From: Psammoneis japonica
Lineage: Eukaryota
NCBI GenBank assembly: GCA_008632985.1
Contig: QPGO01000170.1
Location: forward strand, 124,001 to 160,339
Length of the DNA: 36,339 nucleotides
Direction of reading: 5' to 3'
Of the stretch, positions 21,386-32,454 are shown in pieces. The notes beneath the pieces are model-generated. The model did not search any database. It saw only the letters and a program-made list of their open reading frames with translations, and was not told the origin of the DNA. The first letter of the stretch is position 1; the number at the start of each line of letters is the position of its first letter. Both the position numbers and the translations under genes were made by a program.

Positions 21386-21608
21386 TTCACCGCGCACAGT
21401 TTTGTGTGCTTTAGTTCCGCGCGTTCACGCGCGATGTAGTTTGCTTTCGAGCCACAAGGCTCACAAGAATAACAACAGTAGCCCGATCATGCCGACTTAC
21501 ACGTCTTTCGGCTCCTGCAACGGTCTCTGAGCGGAGACTCATCTGCTGTTTAGACAGCAGCAAGGAGTCATTGTTTGAATTCTTGCCATTTGCCTTCAAT
21601 TTCTGTCA
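21333..21608 (+). repeat. 3' LTR (276 bp)
   Basis: Matches 14566-14841 at offset 6767. Confidence 0.97.
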
Positions 21609-21613
21609 TGTCT

Positions 21614-24601
21614 GCTCACCTTGCAAAGTTGTCCCGATCATCCGCCAAACCAACGACAAGACCATGTGGTCCGGGCATCAACAATTGATCAGGTGAAGTC
21701 TCAACAGCCCGTTGGTTCCGTCTCAATGATTTGGTTTCATCCCATGCAATCTTCTGGCACAACAAAAAGTGACCATCATCCAGTTGATTGGAAAATGGTT
21801 CCCAAAATTCAGAAAGGCCGTGACGATGCATCTGTTGCATCACACAGCAGGCGACATCCAACCATGTGCCTCTGGGAAGTGCAACAGGCACATTCTCATC
21901 AACCGGGCTTGTGTTTGTTTCACCAGTTTGTTCATTTGATGGTTCAACGGGATCAGGGTCCTCATCGTTGGGTCCACTTTCTGACAATTTGGTCAGTTGT
22001 TCTTCTTGTTGCTTCTTTCCTTTAAAGCCATCAGCCGTCTTTTTCTTTTTGCTGTCAAAGGATGGATCGCACCTTTTTTCCAGCAGTTTTCTGCCAGCGT
22101 GTGTGTGGCCAATGATGGCAAGTGCAAGAAGCTTGCCCACCTTCTCGTCACACACAAGTTGACTGAGTGTGGAAAGTCCCCCATCAACTCAAATTCGCGG
22201 ACAGTCACGTCTCTGACCAGGACGACAATGGGATGTGCAGAACAATTCAGATGCAATCTGGCCGCACTCCTCTTTCTGTTTGGCAGACATGTCTCCTGTT
22301 GTTGCCTCCATCATTTGAGGGACAATGCCCACCTCCAACACATGCATTGTGTCAGCAATGGTCATGCCAAATGCACCGCGTGGGCTGTCACCCATGCCAA
22401 GTGGAAAGTGAGCATTGTCCACCATGTGCTGTCCAAACACTTTCCTCAACATTTTGGAGCACACAGTCATTCGGCGAATGAGGGAGGAAGCCAGCTCAGT
22501 CTCGGCCTTTTTTTTTTGATGTCATTGCACGATGCTTCCGGGCAACGCTTTTGACATGCTGGTGCCAACAGCTGTTGTCATCCTCTGGATCTGGGCCCAA
22601 TGCAGCAACAGCGAGCAACTCTGTGAAAGCCTGGTCAAAGAATTGGCAGACATGGAGGGGATCATCAGAAAGGTGGGAGGGCACATGGCAGTTGTGAGAC
22701 AACCTCTTGGTCTTGCTTTGGCCCCATGTCTCTTCCACAAATGTGTTCTTGATTGAGGACATCCCCCAACAGGGAGTTGCAATGCATTGTGGCTCTGACA
22801 CAGCAGCATTGAGTGCCTGTCATTGCACGAACAATGGGTGGATTTGCCTGGCAATGAAGCAGACCACGGAGAACCTCCTTGAGAATGTGGTGGCAGTTGG
22901 CAACAACAAGGCACCCAAGCTTGTCTTTCTTGCATTTCTTGTCCAAATTGGGTGTGAATCCAAGTGGATGCCAACAACGACAGTCGCGGCGTGTGTCCTC
23001 TCGAATCATGGCAAGTGAGTGCATTGCAGGCTCCATCCCATGAGGATTGACCGCATCAACTCCAGTCTTGTCCGGGCATTTGACAAGGTGAATGTGAAAG
23101 TCAGAGGCTGTTTCCTTGGCATTGGAGCAATGTTGTTGCCACTCGCCATCACCCATGTCTTGACTTTGAGTGGACAATTGCCAGTCACCAGGACAATCCA
23201 GGAACTGCATCTCAACACTGTCAGCCTGGCCAGCACTGGAACCCAAATCACCGTCAGCAGTGGGTGGCACACAAGGTGACCAGATGTCATTTGGATTGAC
23301 CTGCAACTTGGAAAGATCACGGAACACTGGCTTGGCAAAGAGATCCTGCAAGGTCTTGGTGAAACTGCAAACTGGGAAAGGTGGGGAGTGACAACATTTT
23401 GGTCCATCCTTCTGTTGCTGCATTGGATTGTTGCATTCAAGCATCACAACAGCAGTGCGGGGGAGAGGAACATTGGGAAATGGCCCCAGGAGTTGCTTCA
23501 TTGCCACGGTGGTTGTGATGGGGGCTTTGACACATCCAGTCTTTTTTCTGCATGCTCTTCATGCTAAATTCTCATCACTTTGTCAATGAAGTCAATTGCG
23601 ACACCTGACCGATGACATGAATGATGCAAATGCACTGTGGGTGCAATGCTGGGTGAGTTGACTGGAGGTGCATCAAAGTCCTCATTGGGTGCAACATCAT
23701 GCACTGGGCCAAGAGGATTGTGTTGATTGAAGGAAGAAACAGGCTCTTCCATTGGACGGGAAATTGAGGGGGGCCCAGAACTGCCATTGAGATGGTCAGC
23801 TCCAATGAACTCGGGGACATCCACAGGACTGTCCTCTCCAAGGGCAGACACGCCATTGTCTGCAAACAAAACAAATTGGCGGGCATTTTGGGAGGCTGCA
23901 CTGGCAGCAGCAATGTTGGCGGCTAAACGCAATTGACCAGACCGTCTGATGGAGGGTGGGCGCAGTCCATTTCCGGCAGAGGGAGGGCAAGCTGGAGAAG
24001 AATTGTCCGATGGTGTGGGAGGAGATGGAGCTGGATTCCAAAGGACTTTGGGGAGGGGAGGAGGGGGTTTGTCATCGGCAAAACCAAACCCAGCAGGATC
24101 GTCATGGTCGTCCAGTGATTCATCATCTGCAGGGGGGAGTGCATTTGTGGCATTGGAAGATGCGGCATGCCGGCAAAGGGACATTTCCTCCTTTTTGCGG
24201 CAGGGCAAGTGCTTCTGTAGATGAAGGGCGATGTTGGAAAAGGGGACACGGCAATGGGGGCATTTGGGTTTGTTGGTGTTGGACCCAAGGGAGCCAACGG
24301 AGGCGGAATCCAGAGGATGAGAGGAAAGAGATGTTCTGCCGCATGGGGAAGACAATTGGGTTGCATGGCGCAACTGTGTCAATGGGGGATGAAGGCCAAA
24401 TGCAGCAGCACAGTGCCGAGATGGGTGACACTGCACATTGTTTTTGGAGTCAAATCCACATTGTCTGCAACGAGGACAACTGAAAGACTTGGTGGAAACG
24501 GCAGAACGGAGGCAGTTAGTTCTGATGTGCCTGCTGAGACCACGTTCGGAAAAGAAGCCAGTTTGTTTGCACCATGGACAAACAAGACCATCAGACAACA
24601 T
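21614..24601 (-). pseudogene. Plavaka-like transposase, N-terminal and core portion with C2H2-type zinc fingers
   Basis: ATG at 24601 (MLSDGLVCPWC...LSRH; CPRC; CPHC...LQKH). Core motifs PDKTGVDAVNPHGMEPAMHSL...WHPLGFTPNL, NCHHILKEVL, LLGD...ICG, VDNAHFPLGMGDSPRGAFGMTIADTMHVLEVGI. Several stops and frameshifts. Confidence 0.75.
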
Positions 24602-25189
24602 GGTCGATGTGCAGAGAAAAAGGAGTTGAGAAGAGAGTCGAAAGGAAACAGCATGTGCAGCAACAATCACTTGGGGATTTGGTGAGGGCAGAAACATGCA
24701 AAGAGAAACAATGTGCAATCAAGGGGGGAAGGCGTTGTGGACAGACGGGATGGAAGGATGGAAGGGGCAGGGAGAGAAAATTTAGAAGACAAGCAGAACC
24801 CACCTTTGCGAACACATGCGGCGATTTTGATCCAGAAAGTTGATTGACACACAATCCAGAAATTAACACAGAATTGAATGAACACACAAGGCTTGTCAGA
24901 TGGGGGGGTGAACAGTTGAATTGAGGAACACAGATGTTTGTTGTTGAACATTTCACAAATGCTGACTTGACAAATCAGCACGATCTTGGATTGAAGGGAG
25001 AGAATGTTGGGTTTTGTTTAAAGAAATCTTGACAGCCAGTGCAACACCTGGATCATTGGTGTCCCAGATGTCACAGAGAGTTCTGCCTGGAGCTGGGGCA
25101 TGCCAACCCATTTGCCACTGCTCAATGCTGGCGCGTGCAAGGCAAAACCACCTCTTCTTGATGTGCACACCCAGCCAGTGGCTGGAGCC

Positions 25190-25625
25190 AATGGCAAGAG
25201 AAGACACACTTCCCTTGCTCCCTCAGCTTTGAGAGAGCACAGTTTCAATTGATCTGGTTTGTTCTCATGGGATCACAACAGCCTGCAGAAGCAGCGCTTG
25301 ATGGTGCTGATGCCATGTTGTGCCATTGTTTTCTCAAACAAGGCCCTGCAAGCAGAGGCAATCTTGCTGATTCATTCACAGCCTGATGTTTCAGTGCAGA
25401 GCTTGCAAGCAGAATTCTGGTGTGGGTGCAACATCACACACAGCCAGTCCTGCCTGAAGCTGGAGCATGTCAACCTCTTTTTGGCAGCTGCTCAATGCCA
25501 ACATCATGTGCAAGGCTCACACAGCCTCTTTGTGCATTCAGCGGGGTGAGCCAGTGACAAGAATGCACACACTTCTGTTGCTCCTTCAGCTTTGAAAGGG
25601 CACAATTTCCATTCATCTGGTGTGT
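25190..25625 (-). repeat. Internal repeat pair (~60 bp core, ~363 bp apart) in decayed coding-like DNA
   Basis: KLCSLKAEGAREVC (~25205-25248) vs KLCPFKAEGATEVC (~25567-25610), with matching DNA. Confidence 0.6.
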
Positions 25626-28600
25626 CCTCAGGGGGCAGTTGGCAAAAGCACTTTGGGGAGAATGCAATGAGTTTGCCAGCAGGCAAGACAGATGCCCGCA
25701 TGAGAGCAGGAGGTGGGTGCAGTCTTTGGTCATGAGAGAGACAGCCCAACAGATGCAAGACTTTGTGGTCAATCAGAACACTGAAAATGCAATTTGGCAA
25801 CAAACAGTTGAAAACACCACACATGAATGTTTGCACCACCCCAATTGAACAGGTGGCAGATCAAAATTTTTGCTGCCAGAAGTTTGTCAATTTTTCAAAA
25901 TGTGACAGAAATGCACAAAAATGTGACACAACATGAGAAGTGACAATGACAACCATGCAGGGATGAAAACAGCATCTGTGCTAATTTCAGGCATGCAGCA
26001 GCAACAATGTGAGCATGACAAGTTTGGCTGATGCAATGTTTTGTTCACTGGTGTCTTGACAACAATGACCCAAACAGGTGCACATCTTGTCGATTGCAGC
26101 TCAACACATCTGGCACATTTTGTCACATGGAAATCAATGAACAGTGTCACACCACATTTGTCTGCCCATCACCCATTTTGTTGCCTGGAATCCATGAGAA
26201 AGAGTTCCCACACTTTAAGATGAGTTGTGCAAGCTTGAGATCTAGGGCAGATCTAAGTTGTGCCACACAGTGCCCTGTTTTTTTTAGAGAGCACCTCAAG
26301 ATGTTCAAACAGAGTGCAAGAGTGCGGTGAGTGGCCCTTGGAAAGCAAAAAAACAGACCAAAATGAAAGCAGGGTGCCAAATTCACAAAAAACACAGATC
26401 TGTTTGCTCCATGATTTGGTGCCTGATGCATGGGCTCTCTTCCCCGCTGTGTTGCAAAAAAACCTGAGATCAGCCTTGCAACACCTGCCAGCATTGTCAA
26501 TTGTCTGCCTTTGATGTTTTTTTGTGCAGCACCATTCTTGAACATCTCAAGAGTTGTGTGGGGCAGGTGGATTTTCAAGAACTTCAAAAGCATCAGACCT
26601 GTTCCAGCTCCAGGTGTCCTGCACAGTGTGTGCAACCCATCACTGGCCCATTTTTGCATTTGGCACAATGAACTCGTCCTTCAAAATTGATTTCCTCCCT
26701 GAATTGAAGGGAGAGTGCATGCAAAACTTTTTTCTTTGTGTGCAGTCATCTTTCAATTTTTGAAATGATCAAGTTTGAAGGAGCTCAATGTGCCAAGCTG
26801 CACAGAAAATTTGCCTCTCACATGATGGAGGATTGCAGATCATTTGGGGCTCCTGGAACAGGCCATCAAGAGCTGTGGTCACACCACCAACTCTGTTGCC
26901 TGCTCAGATGTTCAGTGTCACACACAGCCCCACCTGGGGCCAGAATGCATCAAGAAAATGATTGGCAAGCACAAGCTGGGAAGTGTTGCCCAAATGTTTT
27001 GCTGCTTGTTGCTGGCTCTGCAGCAGCATTGGCCAGAGACAAAAGCCTGGTGGCACTTGACAGCATTGCTTGTGAAAGGTTGAGAGTTGCCAGCCAGACA
27101 CACACTTCAAGCTCTTCAGACAATGTCTGCTCTGTGGCAGCTGGAAGCAAACAATCCAAAACAGCAGTGACACAGAGATGTTGGAGCAGTTGGCCAACAG
27201 CTGGCACAGAAGCTTTTGCCAGGGTGATGCGCGAGAATTGCCACAATGTGGCCACAACTGCTGCCGCACTCAAGCTCACAAAGAAGAAGAAGACAACAAT
27301 GAGGAAGAGCAGAAAAGGATCCAATGAATGCACTGAAGCATGCACTCAAGGGGAAAGACACCAAAAGGCATCAAGGAGAGAGCAAAAGTGATGCCAAGTG
27401 CTTCATTGAGTGAGCATGGTGAAGTCAATGCACAGCACCTGTGAATCAAGAAGTCAGTCAGATGACACACACAAAAGAAACGCAAGATGAAGGGGTGGGA
27501 TCACCCAAAAATGTCTCACATGCTGGACCCTGAGATTGAGAGGCCACATTGACATGTGGGCATGGCATGTGAACATGACACAGTGTTGACAAGTCAGGCA
27601 CACATGAATGAGTGGTTTGCACATCTGGCTCAACAGATCCAAGCTGCTGTGTGCTGCTGCTCTCCCGAGTGCAGAGATCCCTTCAGAGCACAAGAGTGAG
27701 CACAGCCCCCAGAAAGCAAGTGGAGTGCAAGAAGCCATGAGAAAGCAGGTTGCCCAAGCAATTTGGCAGCTGGCTGGAAAGCTGCTGGCAGCAATGCATG
27801 TGACTCAAGCTCACACTCACTTGAAAAAAACAGCAGGAGCAACTGGAACCAGTGAGTTGTGAAGCTCTTTTGAATCCTGACATGATCTCACACCAGTGCA
27901 GTTGGGAGGTCTGCTGTCTGTTCAATGCCCAATTTGCACCACAACACTTGGTCTCTCTCCCTTCATTGCCAACCCACAGCAGGGAAAATGATCCTCAACA
28001 ATTGCACTTGCACTCAGCATGAAAAAATCTGCCCATCAACATTGTTGCGCAACTTGACAGAGTTTTGTTGCAGGCCCACTGACAGTGAAAGAAGAGTGCT
28101 GCTGCCTCAAGAATGGATTTGAGCTCAAGAATGATGTGGCTGTGGGGTGCAATGGCAGTCTTTGAAGCATCGGCTCATTTTGCCATGCATGACAGCCTGA
28201 CACCACACGCAGCCAGAGAACATGAATGAAGTGTGCCAGTCCAAAAAGGGCACCCACATCATGCAAAATGCAAATGACATCACATGTGTGCACACCTGAG
28301 AGAAGCCGCACCATGTCCACACAGGTTCAAGGTGCACACTTGTGTTGTCCACATCCTGAAGATTCGGCATTACAGGAGTTCCAGGTGGACACACACGTCA
28401 AGCTGGGCCGCGTCGACTCTTGCGAGGACTTGTTGATGCCCGTTCCTTGACCGCTTCTTTGAGATCACACACATTGTCAGGAATGGGATGAATCGATAAC
28501 CTGTTCACCGCGTAGAAATATTTGTTGGGGAGCCTGCACAGCAGTTATCGCAGGCCTGAGGGACCGCAACGGAGTCTTGAAACACCTGACACGTTAGACT

Positions 28601-28772
28601 CTCGTTTGTTACCATACGGAGCAATTAATAGTGTTACGATAGGCTGCGGCAGCATAGTTCTCGACTACACAGAAATTATTTTGTACGTAAAAGTATGCAA
28701 TATTATTTTTTTGGATGGCGTCGCAAACCATCCATATTTCATTCTCTTGTCAAAGAATCACCTGTGAAAAAG

Positions 28773-30170
28773 TTAGTTCTCCTCCCTGATGGCAATTGAA
28801 GAACCGGGGCTGGTGTGATTCCATGCATTCATCATAATCATAAGAACAACAGCAAGAGCGAAGAATATCAAACGGCAGTAAAAGGCGCCAGGCTCGCTGT
28901 TTTGTTTGCGACTCCGCTCTTCTCGAAGGCGGAATCTGTCCTTCACAAAAAGCCCTTTGGCTTGATGTTGTAGTTCACCAATTTCGGCTTGAAGACGTTC
29001 TTCCTTTCTCTTGAATATATCCATTCGATAGGAGAGTTTGGCATTTTCCTTCTTCAGAACTTCGTTCTCATCTTCGAGCTTCTCCAACCCAGCTTGACGC
29101 TGGTGCTTTTCTTTTGAGATCACTTCATTCTTATCTGTGACTTTTTGAAACTCGGCTTGAAGTAGGTGCTTTTCTTTCGCGAGACCTATTTTCTCACCCT
29201 CGAGTTTCACAAGGTCGTCTTCAAGCTTGCCTTTCTCTTTGGAGATTACTTCGTTCTTATCCTTGAGTTTTTCAAACTCGACTTCAAGTTGTTGCTTTTC
29301 TTTTGCAAGAACTTCTTTCTCGTGGTTAAGTTTCATAAAGTCGGTTTGAAGCTGGTGCTTGTCTTTCAAGAGCGCGTCTTTTTCAGCCATGAGTTTTTCT
29401 AACTCGGCTTGATGCTGCTTTTCTTTCCGGCTTATATCGTTTTTCTGTTTGAGCTCATCAACATGGACTTGACCATGGTTTTGCTTCTTTTTGCTCCTCT
29501 TCCGTTGCTTGACTAGGCCATCTTCTGACTTCGTGCCGCCTCTCTTGTTCTTTTTCCAACTTTCAAATTTCTTTTCAAGCTGGATTAAATCCATGAGGCC
29601 TGCGATAGTTTCAACCATGTGATCCTGTGAGAGGGCGCTGAAGTCAGACATGGACGCCACCGATCTGTCATCTTTTCCATCGACGTACAACGCTTCGAGA
29701 TCGGCATTGATAACCCGACTTAGCAACTCTGTGACTTCTTGCCTCAAGCCACTCATCATTCCCATTCCGAGCATAGCTGCATCAATGGCTGCTTGAGTCT
29801 GACGAACCAACTTGCTTTCCTTCACTACTGCTCCCTGTAGTACCCGTTTAGTCAACTGGGAGAACGCATTATAGATGTCGATTTTGGCTTGTGCCTCCGC
29901 TTTCAAAGCTTCGCTTTGCGTTACTTTGGCTTGGGCAGCCGCTTGCACGACTTCGCTCTCAGCCTTAACCACCTTTTTTTTCTCGGCGCATTGCACCTCC
30001 AGCAAGGAAATTAATTCAGCTTTCTTTTCAAGCATTGATTTGCTCTTACATTCTATGAACTTTGGACCATTCAAGAGACGAAGCAGCGATGCCTTCAGCG
30101 TCGTTGGCTTGCTCCTCTCGAGATGGCTGTGGCACTCTTGGCAAATGCCTTTGAGAACAGCTTTCTCCAC
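28773..30170 (-). CDS. Coiled-coil protein with C-terminal transmembrane helix
   Basis: 465-aa ORF with about six 21-aa E/K-rich repeats (e.g. LAKEKQQLEVEFEKLKDKNEV) and a hydrophobic tail LIFFALAVVLMIMM. The track start is GTG, so the real start or first exon is uncertain. Confidence 0.75.
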   Translation of the reverse strand: MEKAVLKGICQECHSHLERSKPTTLKASLLRLLNGPKFIECKSKSMLEKKAELISLLEVQCAEKKKVVKAESEVVQAAAQAKVTQSEALKAEAQAKIDIYNAFSQLTKRVLQGAVVKESKLVRQTQAAIDAAMLGMGMMSGLRQEVTELLSRVINADLEALYVDGKDDRSVASMSDFSALSQDHMVETIAGLMDLIQLEKKFESWKKNKRGGTKSEDGLVKQRKRSKKKQNHGQVHVDELKQKNDISRKEKQHQAELEKLMAEKDALLKDKHQLQTDFMKLNHEKEVLAKEKQQLEVEFEKLKDKNEVISKEKGKLEDDLVKLEGEKIGLAKEKHLLQAEFQKVTDKNEVISKEKHQRQAGLEKLEDENEVLKKENAKLSYRMDIFKRKEERLQAEIGELQHQAKGLFVKDRFRLREERSRKQNSEPGAFYCRLIFFALAVVLMIMMNAWNHTSPGSSIAIREEN

Positions 30171-30747
30171 GATTCCGAGTCGTTTCTCTTGTACGCTATA
30201 TTCATTGCTTCGGCCTCGACAATAGTCGTTTGCTTACTGAAATCCGGCGATAAATGAACGAGAGACGCGTTCTTCGCCGCCAAAAAGTAAGTCACGTGTC
30301 ATCACTCATCACCTGTGCGAGGTGCGAGCGGTTTGAAGTGTCCAGAAGTATGTACCGGTAGGGCCCTAATCGTATTGTGCTGTGTATGTAGAAACCTACC
30401 TTATTTTATTACCTTATCCCGTGTGAGAAACACGAATGAGATCATATAATGTGCACGAGGAATAGTTCTCAGTATGTAGGATCCTACATAGCTTCGTTAG
30501 CACATACAAAATTTCTTGTGAGCGGTACCACACAACTGCCGAACTGAACGCGGAAGCATGATTCGATTACGTAAACCCCGGTACAGTTCTACAGCGGGTG
30601 TCAGTCTGAGAAGATTTTTGCATCCACCGCGCACCGCCACCTGCAACTTGAAACCGAGAGTGCTATCAAACTCGCCATACTTTGCCACAACGGTGAAACA
30701 ACCCCACCAGCACCCACTTCGAACACATTCACATAATATACGCCAAA

Positions 30748-32454
30748 ATGAGCACCATTGAAGGTTCGGGGCTTGCTCTAGATCATAGCATCGACCGGGA
30801 GCTTCGTCGTGAAAGGCGAGAGCTGCGCGAGCTGCAAGCACAAAATTCAAATGCTACGGATACCGAAATTGCAGCGAAACAAGAACGCATATCTGAACTC
30901 GAACAAATCAAGGAGGAAACACAAGCGGCATTATCTCGGCTTGCTCCGCCATCCCTTTCGAACATTGTTGTTGTTGATGATGAAAGCCATGAGCAGTCCT
31001 CATCGGTGGGCATGATGAGCGAGCAGCATCCCGACGGAGCAACGGCGGAAGATTTTGCGAGACTCGAAGCACGATTCAACGAAGTACTGCAGAGCAATCC
31101 TACTATCGGGACAGGCACTTTGGCGCAAGAGCAACAAGAGGACAACAGGAGAAATTGCCCTCGCTGGAAGCTTCTGTTGACTCTGTTTGGTGTTGCGATG
31201 ATGTGTGGAGCGGCTGTTAGTCTTGTGCTCAGCCTCATGGGAGTTTTTGACGACAACGACTCTCCGACGCCTAGTCCTTCATTGATTGGAAACCCGCACG
31301 GAGACCCCCCAAATGGTGCTCCGACGAGGGCGCCCCCAAGTCCTACCCGCGTGCCGACAAGAGTGGAACCTCCTCTCCCACCCGTCGGTGGCACCCCTCA
31401 GCCTTCGAGTTCTGGAAAACGGATGAAGATTGCAACCTCTGCTCAGGCAGAACAAGGTGAATTTCTATGTGGCTATAGCGTCGCAGTGGCAACAGATGGA
31501 AGCACAGTCTCGTTTGGCTGTCCCGGTTACAGTGAAAGATACTATTCAGCAGTTGTTGTGATCCGTTTAATCAATGGAGCATGGAAGATTCTGCAGAGTT
31601 TGGACGATAACAGGACTGGGAGAAATCATAGGTTTGGGTCAAGTGTGGCCCTAAATGGAATGGGTACCTACTTGATCGCCAGTGATGTTGAGGAAAGAAA
31701 TGGTGAAGTGTATTTGCACAACTCCAATGGTGAGAAATTTTATCAAGAATGGAAAATAACCGGTGGTGTAGACTCCAAAGGTCTTGGAGCTGCACTTGCA
31801 GTTTCCACCAGTGGCCGCACCTTTGCCATGGGAGCCCCGTATGCAAATAACAATAGGGGGTTTATTTCTGTTCGAGAAAAGAAATCTGCTGGAGTTGCTG
31901 TAAAAGGGCAGCTGTCTATCAATGGTACGGAAGCTGGACAGTACTTTGGCCTTTCGGTTGACATGAGTACTGACGGAAACATGATGATCGTAGGGGGCGT
32001 TGGGATTGCCAAGGTTTACGAGTACAGCAACGTGAAAGTTGCCTGGGAGCAAGTGGGAAGCCTCCCAGGCATCCCTGCAGGAGCCGCCGTGAGGGTAACA
32101 ATGTCAGCTAATGGTTCCAGAGTAGCCTTAGGACTCGAAACGGACAACGATTACAAAGGTAGCGTTCTTGTTTTCGACCGGGTCGGTGAGGACTATGTCC
32201 GTGTTGGAAGCCCACTTGAAGGGGAAGAATTTGGCGATGAGTTTGGGCGTGGCGTTTCGATTTCACACGACGGAAATACCTTGCTCGTTGGTGCCCCGAG
32301 GGCCGTAGGTCCGAACGGGCCTGACTCTGGTCGTGTATACCTGTTTTCATACCTTGGTGAGGATTGGAAGCTTCTCGATAGCGCTACTGGGGATGAGGCA
32401 CATGCGCAGTTGGGCTGGACGTTGCCATCTCTGGCGATGCATCAACAGCTGTAG
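30748..32454 (+). CDS. Single-pass membrane protein with Pro-rich stalk and FG-GAP/integrin-alpha-like beta-propeller repeats
   Basis: N-terminal coiled coil, TM LLLTLFGVAMMCGAAVSLVLSLMGV, Pro-rich linker, repeats FGSSVALN / LGAALAVS..GAPY / FGLSVDMS / FGRGVSIS..LVGAP..GRVYLF. Last blade appears frameshifted at ~32418. Confidence 0.85.
   Translation: MSTIEGSGLALDHSIDRELRRERRELRELQAQNSNATDTEIAAKQERISELEQIKEETQAALSRLAPPSLSNIVVVDDESHEQSSSVGMMSEQHPDGATAEDFARLEARFNEVLQSNPTIGTGTLAQEQQEDNRRNCPRWKLLLTLFGVAMMCGAAVSLVLSLMGVFDDNDSPTPSPSLIGNPHGDPPNGAPTRAPPSPTRVPTRVEPPLPPVGGTPQPSSSGKRMKIATSAQAEQGEFLCGYSVAVATDGSTVSFGCPGYSERYYSAVVVIRLINGAWKILQSLDDNRTGRNHRFGSSVALNGMGTYLIASDVEERNGEVYLHNSNGEKFYQEWKITGGVDSKGLGAALAVSTSGRTFAMGAPYANNNRGFISVREKKSAGVAVKGQLSINGTEAGQYFGLSVDMSTDGNMMIVGGVGIAKVYEYSNVKVAWEQVGSLPGIPAGAAVRVTMSANGSRVALGLETDNDYKGSVLVFDRVGEDYVRVGSPLEGEEFGDEFGRGVSISHDGNTLLVGAPRAVGPNGPDSGRVYLFSYLGEDWKLLDSATGDEAHAQLGWTLPSLAMHQQL

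Larger units (their letters stand above)
14566..21608 (+). mobile_element. Full-length Ty1/copia LTR retrotransposon (CoDi-like), 7043 bp
   Basis: Two 276-bp LTRs (TGACAG...CTGTCA), 5-bp TSD, PPT, single ORF in Gag-PR-IN-RT-RH order. Confidence 0.97.
1660..28490. other. TpA-depleted, TG/CA-rich hypermutated repeat island
   Basis: TA is common before ~1660 (tagactactgtattc, tagattctac) and after ~28495 (gataac, cgtagaaatat) but rare between. Roughly 40 TA by hand over 2.1-13.3 kb, against several hundred expected. Translations are Cys/His-rich and Tyr-poor. Boundaries are approximate. Confidence 0.92.

Noticed and set aside
15835..21397. Long antisense and alternate-frame ORFs over gag-pol (e.g. 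16253-17383, 16299-17408)
   Set aside because: Shadows of a GC-rich, stop-depleted coding frame; no motifs.
14566..21608. ADAR-type RNA editing or RT error before integration
   Set aside because: Would be strand-biased and leave matching LTRs. Here both A->G and T->C occur, the LTRs differ, and non-retroelement DNA is affected too.
1847..28440. Terminal inverted repeat for the whole island (aacaagtcc ~1860 vs ggacttgtt ~28427)
   Set aside because: Match is too short, does not extend convincingly and has no TSD.
1700..28450. Hundreds of short overlapping Cys/His-rich ORFs in all six frames
   Set aside because: Expected by-product of losing TAA/TAG stops and gaining TGY/CAY codons; not metal-binding or Cys-rich proteins.
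1660..28490. Classical fungal RIP or 5mC deamination as the sole cause
   Set aside because: RIP raises TA; CpG decay cannot turn Tyr into Cys/His or GTAAG into GCAAG, and the copia keeps its CpGs. CpG decay probably contributes in the older DNA.
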